Assembly (NCBI GenBank): GCA_965248445.1
Contig: CBDFJG010000002.1
Location: forward strand, 32,001 to 96,000
Source of the DNA: Planctomycetota bacterium
Lineage (GTDB): Bacteria > Planctomycetota > JAJSAM01 > JAJVHW01
DNA: 64,000 nucleotides
Reading direction: 5' to 3'
In this document: in pieces, positions 28,149-35,954 of the stretch
How the letters are laid out: each line of letters starts with the position of its first letter
How positions within the stretch are numbered: the stretch's first letter is position 1
Notes under the pieces: model-generated
Told to the model about the DNA's origin: nothing
What the model saw: only the letters and a program-made list of their open reading frames with translations
The model's database searches: none
Translations under genes and position numbers: made by a program

Positions 28149-30735
28149 CGTCGCTCACCTCCTCTCCGCCGACGAACACGCCGCGCACCCCGGCGCCCTT
28201 CGTGAAGGGTGCGCCGGAGAGCAGAACCAAGTCGGCGTCCTTGCCGGCCTCGAGCGTCCCGATCCGGTCCGACACTCCGAGCAGCTTCGCTGCGTCTCCG
28301 GTGACGAGGCGCACCGCAGCCGACGGCGAGAGGCCGTGTCGCACAGCGAAGGCGAGCAGCTCCGGGATGTCCGCTCCGCCGAGGTAGGACTCGCTCGCAA
28401 GCGCCGACGAGACGTCGCTCAGCGCGAGTTCGCGTAGGAGGTTCGTCGTTTCTCCGCGCTCCTGGGTGAGGATCTGCGCGCCTGCGATCACGCCGACATT
28501 CGCTTTCGCGAGTCCGTCGAACATCCGCCGCGCGTCGCCGCCCCCGAGGATGACGATGTCGAGCTTCTCCTTCTTCACCAGCACGCGCAGCGCCGTGCGC
28601 AGTTCGGTGACGTGGTTCGCGCGCACGACGAGGGGCGCCTTCTTGTCGAGTACCGCGGCCCAGCCCTCGAGTGCGTCGTCCTTGGACGGCTTCTTCGGCT
28701 CCGTCAGCTCCTTTTCCGGCTTCTTGGCGCTCTTCTTCGGGTCCTTCTTGTCAGCGCCCTTCTTGTCGGCGCCCTTCTTCTCTTCTGGCGGCGCACCGTC
28801 CTTCTTCTCGTCACCGTCCCTCTTCTCGTCGCCATCCTTCTTCTCGTCGCCGCTCTTCTTCTGGTCACCGTCCTTCTTCTGATCTGGCTTTTTCTCTTCC
28901 TCCTTCGCCTTCTCCTCGGCCTTCTTCTTCTCGGCGGCGGCCTTCTTCTTCTTCCACTCCTCGTACGCCTTCAGGTCCTTCTCGTACTTCTCGAACTTCG
29001 CGCGATAGTCCTTCGCCTTCTTGACGGCTGCGGTGATCTGTTTCACCGCCGCCTGAAGATCACTCTCATCGCGCAGGCGGAAGACCATCCCCGCGTCCTT
29101 CTTCACGACGCGCGTTCCCGGCCAGGCGCCCTGCGTCTTGATCACGGAGGCGCGGCCGGCGATCCGGTCGTTGCCGGTCGGCGCGCAGAGGATCGACGTG
29201 ACACCGGCTTCGGCCAGCAGCGCGAGCGCCGGATCGCCGGGATCCACCGCGTCCGACGATGCCATCGACGTTGCGAGTGACGACGCCGGCTTCCCATCCG
29301 ATCCGGCGAGTCCGGCGGACGAGTGCGCGTCGATGAAGCCCGGCACGACAGCGCCATCCCCGAGATCAACGATGCGCGCACCTGGCGGCACGCCGACGGT
29401 GGGCCCGACTTCGACAATGCGCCCGCCCTCGAACGCGACCTCGCCGGGCGCGAGCACGCGGCCGTCTCCGATGTGCACCTGCGCCGCGCGGATCACCACG
29501 GTGGTCCCGGCGGCGACCCGCTGCCAGACGATCCGGCCGTCCACGATCGTGCTGGTCGGCACCGCCCGCAGATCACCGGGGAGTCCGGACAGGAGCACGA
29601 GGTCCGCGTCCTTGCCGACAGCGATCGAACCGACACGTCCCGCGACCCCTGCGATCGCAGCGGCCTCTGACGTCACGGCGGAGAGCGCCACGTGTTCGTT
29701 CAGTCCGGCCTGAACGGAAGATGCCATCGCGAAAAGGAGTTCGTGCAGCGCGTCGTCACGCTCTGTCGTGAGAGCGAAGCGGACGCCGGCGTCGGCCAGG
29801 GCCTTTCCGCTCGCCCGCGAACGCACGCGGAACCGCTCGGCGTCCACGTCGGTCGACGATGCGAGGCCTCCCGGCGTGCCGGCCCATGTGAGGACGACGG
29901 GAACGCCGCTCGCCGCGATGCGCTTCGCGTCACGGCGCGCGGCCAGAGCCCCGACGATCACCGCATCCAAGCCGCTGTCGTCGAGCAGGTCGAGCGCCGC
30001 CGCAACGTCTCCTGCGGTGCGCGCGCCGAGGAAGAGGCGTGCGTCTCCGCTTGCGACGTCACGGAGGGGAGCCGCGCCCTCGCGTGCGGCATCGATCAGG
30101 CGGCGCAGCACGAGCGAGGAGCCGGCGCGCGTCGCGGGGAGTTGCGGCCGATGCGGCGGCAGGGGATCGTCCGTCGCGTCGGGCAGATCAGGTGCAGCGA
30201 GCGTCGCGGGAGGCGTCTGCACGGCGTCGCCCAGGCCGGCAACCACACCGGCATCCGCCAAGAGCGTCCGAGACGCCTCGTCGGCGCCCGCAGTCTTCAC
30301 GACCGCCGCGCGGCCGGAGACGACCTGAGTCACACCCGGCGCCAGCAACACCGTGGTGACGCCGCCCGCGAGCAAGCGCGCTTCGTCCCTCGCGAAGTCG
30401 TAGCCGTCCAGTGCACGAACGTCCGGCGTCACGTTCTCCGGGTGCCGGCCCTTCGCGCTCGTGTGTTGCGAGAACGCTGCGACCAGGCCGGGGATCACGC
30501 TGCCCGAAGGGCCCGCGTCGAGGACGCGCGCATCGGCCGGCACCGGCATGTCGCCGCCGACCTGCGTGATCTTCCCGCCCTGCACGACGACCACGCCCGG
30601 GCGGAAGACCTGCCCGGTGCCGGTGTAGACCGCGCCGGCGCGCACGACGAGCATCTCGTCCTGTGCCCGGGCCGAATCTCCGGGCAGGACCGCCAGCGCC
30701 GTGGCGACGAGTGCGGCCGCGAGTGCGCGTCTCAT
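28138..30735 (-). CDS. Exported double-domain amidohydrolase-fold protein 5 with Lys-rich insert
   Basis: Two domains ('PGLVAAFSQH'; 'PGFIDAHSS'), each ending 'GKDADLVLLSG'. Confidence 0.87.
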   Translation of the reverse strand: MRRALAAALVATALAVLPGDSARAQDEMLVVRAGAVYTGTGQVFRPGVVVVQGGKITQVGGDMPVPADARVLDAGPSGSVIPGLVAAFSQHTSAKGRHPENVTPDVRALDGYDFARDEARLLAGGVTTVLLAPGVTQVVSGRAAVVKTAGADEASRTLLADAGVVAGLGDAVQTPPATLAAPDLPDATDDPLPPHRPQLPATRAGSSLVLRRLIDAAREGAAPLRDVASGDARLFLGARTAGDVAAALDLLDDSGLDAVIVGALAARRDAKRIAASGVPVVLTWAGTPGGLASSTDVDAERFRVRSRASGKALADAGVRFALTTERDDALHELLFAMASSVQAGLNEHVALSAVTSEAAAIAGVAGRVGSIAVGKDADLVLLSGLPGDLRAVPTSTIVDGRIVWQRVAAGTTVVIRAAQVHIGDGRVLAPGEVAFEGGRIVEVGPTVGVPPGARIVDLGDGAVVPGFIDAHSSAGLAGSDGKPASSLATSMASSDAVDPGDPALALLAEAGVTSILCAPTGNDRIAGRASVIKTQGAWPGTRVVKKDAGMVFRLRDESDLQAAVKQITAAVKKAKDYRAKFEKYEKDLKAYEEWKKKKAAAEKKKAEEKAKEEEKKPDQKKDGDQKKSGDEKKDGDEKRDGDEKKDGAPPEEKKGADKKGADKKDPKKSAKKPEKELTEPKKPSKDDALEGWAAVLDKKAPLVVRANHVTELRTALRVLVKKEKLDIVILGGGDARRMFDGLAKANVGVIAGAQILTQERGETTNLLRELALSDVSSALASESYLGGADIPELLAFAVRHGLSPSAAVRLVTGDAAKLLGVSDRIGTLEAGKDADLVLLSGAPFTKGAGVRGVFVGGEEVSDDAR
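28801..28880. repeat. Imperfect 18-bp coding tandem repeat (D-G-D-E-K-K-like units)
   Basis: CTTCTTCTCGTCACCGTC-like unit about 4.5 times; encodes 'KKDGDQKKSGDEKKDGDEKRDGDEKK'. Confidence 0.75.
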
Positions 30736-31979
30736 CGTTCCTTCTCCCGGCCGACCTGGATGCCCTCTAGCAGCCGCTTCAGCTTGCGGTCCTTTCCGCG
30801 CTCGTAGATCAACTCGCCCTCGAGGAACACCTGATCGACGTGGTTCGCGGTGTCGAGCGGATCGCCGGACCAGATCACGAGGTTCGCGTCCTTACCCGGT
30901 GCGATGGAGCCCACGCGATCCTCCACGCCAAGCACACGCGCCGGATTCAGCGTGACCGCGCGGAGCGCTTCCTCGCGGGTGAGGCCCTGCGCGACGGCAA
31001 CGGCCGCCTGGTACCAGAGCGACCTCATGCCGTAGGGCGACGCCTCGTTCGCCTGGATGACGACGGGAACGCCCGCAGCCTTGCACTCGCGTGCCAGCTC
31101 CCGGCGGCTCTCTTCACCAGTCTCAGCGTCGCGCTCGACCGGCTCGATGTCGTCGGGGAGCACGCACGCCGTGCCCTTCTGCTGAATCAGCGGGAAGGCG
31201 CGTCGGGCGCTCGGACCGAGGGTCAGGAACCCGGTCAGCGAGAACTCCTTCATCAGGTTCAGCGCGTTGCGCACGTCCACCGCTTCGTCGCATGCGAGCA
31301 CCGCTGGGAGCGTTCCGTCCAGAAGGGAGGCGAGCGCCTCCGCGCGCGGGCTGCGCGTTGGGTTGTCCGGGTTGCCGGAGACGCGTCGCGACTCGCCTGC
31401 CCGCGCATCCGTCAATGCTCGCCGCAGTTCGGCGACCTGCGCCATGCGGCTCGTGCCGCGGCGCGGGGAGAGAGCGAGCTTCAGGCCCGCCTCGCGCCGC
31501 ACGATCATCTCCTCCGCCGTACGCCCGAGGGGCTTCAGCACGAGGCCCTGCCCGCCGATGAGCGTCGCGTTCCCCGGCACGACGAACACCGTCGTCACAC
31601 CATCCCGGATCAGATTCTCGAAGTACGGCGAGAGCGGGTCGAGCCCGTCGAGCACGGATACAAAGGGCGTGTTCGGCGCCTGTTCGTTCCCGCGATCGAG
31701 GCCGCCCTGCGAGTGGCTCTCGACCATGCCGGGAAGCAGCCAGGCGTCCTTGCGATCGACGACCTCCGCGTCCCATGGATTGACGTAGCCGCCCCGCACG
31801 TCCTCGATGCGTCCCGAGCGGACGTACACGGACGCGCCGTCGGTGTACGTCTCTCCCTCGACGGTCACGACCGTGCCGGCATGCAGGACGAACGTGTCGT
31901 CCCCCGCGCCCGCGGTCGTCGCCGCCGTGGCGACGAGAGCCGCGATCAGCGCGAGAGAACATCTCTGCGACGATTTCAT
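30732..31979 (-). CDS. Exported amidohydrolase-fold protein 4 (partly degenerate)
   Basis: 'LLPGMVESHSQ' (HxQ); 'VGSIAPGKDANLVIWSGDP'; start 'MKSSQRCSLAL'. Confidence 0.87.
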   Translation of the reverse strand: MKSSQRCSLALIAALVATAATTAGAGDDTFVLHAGTVVTVEGETYTDGASVYVRSGRIEDVRGGYVNPWDAEVVDRKDAWLLPGMVESHSQGGLDRGNEQAPNTPFVSVLDGLDPLSPYFENLIRDGVTTVFVVPGNATLIGGQGLVLKPLGRTAEEMIVRREAGLKLALSPRRGTSRMAQVAELRRALTDARAGESRRVSGNPDNPTRSPRAEALASLLDGTLPAVLACDEAVDVRNALNLMKEFSLTGFLTLGPSARRAFPLIQQKGTACVLPDDIEPVERDAETGEESRRELARECKAAGVPVVIQANEASPYGMRSLWYQAAVAVAQGLTREEALRAVTLNPARVLGVEDRVGSIAPGKDANLVIWSGDPLDTANHVDQVFLEGELIYERGKDRKLKRLLEGIQVGREKER

Positions 31980-33199
31980 CGTTTGTCCTTCCGGGTCCTG
32001 TCGAACACGACGCTCCCGTCGATCACGACCATGAGCATCCGCGAAGTCGGCTTGAGCGGATGCCCGCTCCACAGCACGACGTCCGCATGGGCGCCGTCCG
32101 CGATCCGTCCGCGGTCCTTCAGACCACACAGATCCGCGGGGATGCTGGTGAGCGCGGCGAGCGCTTCGTCCCGCGAGAGTCCGTACCGGACGGCGAACAT
32201 TCCCTGCTCGCGCAGCCACCGGGCGCCGCTGTTGCCCGCGGTCAGCGCGACCTTCACGCCGGCCTCGTGCAGCATGGTCGCGTTCGTCAGCGCTGTGTCC
32301 GTTCTGTCCGGGCCGGCACCGGTTCGGATGTCGGGGAACGGTCCGACGACCACGGGGATCCCGCGCTTGGCCAGTTCGTCGCGGCGCAGATACGCCTCCT
32401 CCGCGTTGTCGAACGCGACCTGCATGTCGACCTCGTCCGCCAGCCGCAGCACGGCGTTGACATCTTGCATGCGATGCACGGACACGCGCAGAGGTCGGCG
32501 CCCGGCGATGACATCCTGGTACGGCGTGAGATCCGCGGCGTTCGGTGGCTCCTGCACGCCCTTGGCGGCCAGGAACGTCTGGCGGAGCAGCCAGACGACT
32601 CCCATGCGGGTGGTCGGACGGCGCGCGTAGATCGACGTGGTCGGCCCGAAGCGCGGCGGAAAGTTGCCGGTCGATGGGAACCGCGACAGCGCCGCGTGCA
32701 GCGACGACGGCGCCGAACGGATCGGAACGGCCCGCCCGGTCTTCGACCACGAGTGGTGTGCCTGCGAGAGGCCACCCACGACGTTTCGCGAGCCCGGCAC
32801 GAGGACGATCGTCGTGCAGCCCTCCCGCGCACCCTCGCGAAATGCCTGGTGCCGCGGGTTGGCGAGATCCCGCGCGCTGACGAGAGCCGTCATCTCGCGC
32901 GTGATCTCCGCTTCCTGTGACGCGTACCCAAGCCGGCCCGACGACTCGATGAACCCAGGCGCGAGCACGGCGCCGGGAATGCTGATCGTCCTCGCCCCGT
33001 CGGGTGCGCTGCCTCCGATGCGGCCGTTCGCGACCACGACGGTCGCCGAGTCGGTTGCGCCGCCGACACCGTCGAGCACCGTCACGTCGCTGAACACGAG
33101 CGACGCACGTTCGCTGTCCTGTGCGTGGACGTTCGCACCGGCGAACGTGAGTCCGCCGATGGCGAGGACGGCCAGCGCCAGCGTGCGACCGGCGCTCAT
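31976..33199 (-). CDS. Exported amidohydrolase-fold protein 3 (degenerate)
   Basis: 'LAPGFIESSGRLG'; 'GRIADGAHADVVLWSG'; signal peptide 'MSAGRTLALAVL'. Confidence 0.85.
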   Translation of the reverse strand: MSAGRTLALAVLAIGGLTFAGANVHAQDSERASLVFSDVTVLDGVGGATDSATVVVANGRIGGSAPDGARTISIPGAVLAPGFIESSGRLGYASQEAEITREMTALVSARDLANPRHQAFREGAREGCTTIVLVPGSRNVVGGLSQAHHSWSKTGRAVPIRSAPSSLHAALSRFPSTGNFPPRFGPTTSIYARRPTTRMGVVWLLRQTFLAAKGVQEPPNAADLTPYQDVIAGRRPLRVSVHRMQDVNAVLRLADEVDMQVAFDNAEEAYLRRDELAKRGIPVVVGPFPDIRTGAGPDRTDTALTNATMLHEAGVKVALTAGNSGARWLREQGMFAVRYGLSRDEALAALTSIPADLCGLKDRGRIADGAHADVVLWSGHPLKPTSRMLMVVIDGSVVFDRTRKDKR

Positions 33200-34392
33200 C
33201 GCGCGTCCTCCCGGGCGGCATCCTGAACGATGCGTCCACCGGACAGGTGCAGCAGAACGCGCGAGCGTGGCTCCCACGGCTCGCCGTCCATGACGAGCAA
33301 GTCGGCGCGCAGGCCCTCGGCAACGCGGCCGACACGGTGCGCGACGCCCAGCGAGCGCGCGGCGACGTTCGTCACGGACGGCACGGCGGAATCTTCCGGA
33401 AGGCCGGCCGCTACCGCCAGCGCGAGGGCATTGCGGAGCGAGTCGGCCGGACGGGCGGGTGCGCCCGACGTGATGGCGACTGCGACGCCGGCTCGCGCCA
33501 GGCGGCCGGGCAACGCGAGCACGTACAACGCGTCCTCGGCGTCGAGCCCGCTCACGATGCACGGCGCCCCGATCCCGGCCACGCCCGCGGGATCGTCGGC
33601 GGCGCGCGTCAGGCCCACGAACGTCGGACGAAGGCCGCGAGGCGCGAGAGTCTCGGCCGCGATCTGCGCCGACTCCGGTGTGTCGACGTACACGAGCACC
33701 TGCTCTCGCCAAAGCGCGGACATCACGCGCAGCGCCCCCTCGCGCACCGGCGGGTCGATCTCGGTAGGAGTCCGCCACGGCCGGCCGGCGAAGGCCGCCG
33801 TGAGTACCGCGCGGGCACCCGCGAGCGTCGCGGGGACACGGCTCGCGGAGAGCGCGGGGGAGCGGAAGGAGAACACCTGGGGTCCGCGCCGGGTCAGCAG
33901 CGTGGCCGTGCCGTCCGCGTCGATCGACGCAGCGGCGGCGCGACCGGCGACGAGGTTGGCCGGTGCCGGCAGGAGCCCGACGGTCGTCGTGCCGCCGCGC
34001 AGCGCAGCGCGCAGCGAGCGGTGTTCGCCGTCGAACGCGTCCGCGGCGCGCACGCCGGGAGTCAGCGCATCCGCGGACTCGGCGGCGGCGCCGTCCAGCC
34101 CGAGGGCCGTCACCGCGTCCACGAGACCGGGCAGCGCCACTCCGTTCGCGATCGTGCGGACGCGGACGCCCTTCGGCGGCGCATCGGTGCCGGCCGTGAC
34201 GAAGCGATCACCCTCGACGAGGATGTACGCGTTCTCGATCACCTGGCCATCGCCGACGTGCAGCTTCGCGACGCGATAGGCACGCCGCATGTCGATCGCG
34301 CCGTTCTCCGCGCGGGCTGTGGCTCCGTGCACGACGAGCAGGCAGATGCACGTGAGCGCCCCGAGCCCGAGCAGACGGCTACTCGATCGCAC
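33196..34392 (-). CDS. Exported amidohydrolase-fold protein 2 (degenerate)
   Basis: 'LPGLVDAVTALG'; 'VGRVAEGLRADLLVMDGEP'; GTG start. Confidence 0.83.
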   Translation of the reverse strand: MRSSSRLLGLGALTCICLLVVHGATARAENGAIDMRRAYRVAKLHVGDGQVIENAYILVEGDRFVTAGTDAPPKGVRVRTIANGVALPGLVDAVTALGLDGAAAESADALTPGVRAADAFDGEHRSLRAALRGGTTTVGLLPAPANLVAGRAAAASIDADGTATLLTRRGPQVFSFRSPALSASRVPATLAGARAVLTAAFAGRPWRTPTEIDPPVREGALRVMSALWREQVLVYVDTPESAQIAAETLAPRGLRPTFVGLTRAADDPAGVAGIGAPCIVSGLDAEDALYVLALPGRLARAGVAVAITSGAPARPADSLRNALALAVAAGLPEDSAVPSVTNVAARSLGVAHRVGRVAEGLRADLLVMDGEPWEPRSRVLLHLSGGRIVQDAAREDAR

Positions 34393-35803
34393 GGTGTACC
34401 TCACGTCCGGCGACGAACACGCGCAGTGCGCGCGTGCCGATCGCGAGCGGATCGCCGTTCCAGACGACGATGTCCGCGCGCTTGCCCTCGTCGATCGATC
34501 CCAGCTCCTTGTCCACGCCGGCGGACTCCGCCGCCCAGAGTGTGATCCCGCGCAGCGCATCTGCGGGGTCCATGCCGGTCCCGACCTCGTGCGCCGCGTA
34601 GAGCCGCAGGAAACGGGTTGCTCCCGACCCTCCGGTCGCGAGCGCCGGCCGCAGGCCCGCGGCGACGAGCGACGCCCCCGCGCCCGCTGGACGGCGTGCA
34701 ATCGGACGGCGCTCGTCGGTCTCTTGCACGCTCAGATTCGTCAGGATGACCCTGGCTCCGGCCTTCTTGACCGCGTCCGCCCGCGTGACGAGGCCTTCGC
34801 CGCCGGCCAGAATCAGGTCGAGGCCGAACTCCTGGCCCATCGCCAGCGCCGCGTCGGTGTTCGGTGAGAGCTCTGCGCGGAACAGCGTGGCACGCGTGGC
34901 GGGCTGCGCGTCCTTGCCGTCACCGTGGGACATAGCCGTCAGCAGGATGTCCGTCGAGTCGTCGTCGCGAACCGTGCTGGGCGGCTTGGGCGACTTCTTC
35001 GGCTTCTCGTACTCCTTCGCGCGCCCCATTGCCTTGTACGCGGCTTCGCGCCACGCGGCGCGCTGCTCCGGAGTCCACGAGCTCATCCGCGCGGCGAGTT
35101 CTGCCGGGATGAGCAGACGCTCTGCATCCGTGTCATCGTCAGCGAGGCGTTTCTCCTCGTACTCCGCGATCTCGCGCCCGTAGCGCTCGAGCGCCTCGCG
35201 CCGTTCGACCGCGCGACGCAGCGTGGTGCGCAGACTCGCAGCCCGCGACGCGCCGGGCGCGCCGCCGGCCACCGTGCGCGTCGAGATCGAGAGTACGAGC
35301 GAGCCCTCCACGGACGCCGGTGCCTCCCCGGATGCGCCATCCCCAAGGGGCACGGTTGAGACCACGGCGGCCAGTCCGGCGACGAGTTGGTCGCGCGCGC
35401 CGCCCAGTTGCAGCGAGGTGACCCCGTTCGCGAGCGCCGTGCCGACGCGGGCGTCCCACGGATCGAAGGCCGCGGCGGCCCCCACGTACGCGCCGGGGAT
35501 CCGTGCGGTCGAGTCGGCGCCGTCGAGACCGAGTGTGCTGTCCGCATCGATCAGCCCGGGCGTCACGACCAGCCCCGAGCAATCGACACGCACGGCGCCC
35601 TCGGGCACGTCGACGGTGGCGCCGACGGCGCGGATGCGATCCCCCTCGATCACGACGGTGCCCGCGGGAATCACGTCCCCGGACGCCGTGTGGATCTCGC
35701 CACCCACCAGCGCGATCACCCCATCTTCGGCATGCGCCGCCGGCACCCTCAGCACGCACGGGAGCGCGAGGCACACGAGGGCGAGAAGAGGCAGTCGGCG
35801 CAT
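34379..35803 (-). CDS. Exported amidohydrolase-fold protein 1 (degenerate)
   Basis: 'VTPGLIDADSTLG'; 'LGSIDEGKRADIVVWNGDP'; signal peptide 'MRRLPLLALV'. Confidence 0.85.
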   Translation of the reverse strand: MRRLPLLALVCLALPCVLRVPAAHAEDGVIALVGGEIHTASGDVIPAGTVVIEGDRIRAVGATVDVPEGAVRVDCSGLVVTPGLIDADSTLGLDGADSTARIPGAYVGAAAAFDPWDARVGTALANGVTSLQLGGARDQLVAGLAAVVSTVPLGDGASGEAPASVEGSLVLSISTRTVAGGAPGASRAASLRTTLRRAVERREALERYGREIAEYEEKRLADDDTDAERLLIPAELAARMSSWTPEQRAAWREAAYKAMGRAKEYEKPKKSPKPPSTVRDDDSTDILLTAMSHGDGKDAQPATRATLFRAELSPNTDAALAMGQEFGLDLILAGGEGLVTRADAVKKAGARVILTNLSVQETDERRPIARRPAGAGASLVAAGLRPALATGGSGATRFLRLYAAHEVGTGMDPADALRGITLWAAESAGVDKELGSIDEGKRADIVVWNGDPLAIGTRALRVFVAGREVHRAIE

Positions 35804-35954
35804 GGGTTGGTCGAGGGGTGAGCGCGGAGTCGCTCGAAGCGGAAGAGAGTAGCGGCCTGAGCGCTCCCCCGCACGCACCAGACCTTGTTCGGAGGCAGGA
35901 CGTCCGCGGTTCGGGGCAGGGCCTTCTTGGGACCAGGGCAGGTTCGGCGCGCAG

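Noticed and set aside
30732..33335. 867-aa ORF read as an N-terminally extended amidohydrolase
   Set aside because: The extension overlaps the real 31976-33199 gene in another frame; a signal peptide and ATGA coupling support a start at 31979.
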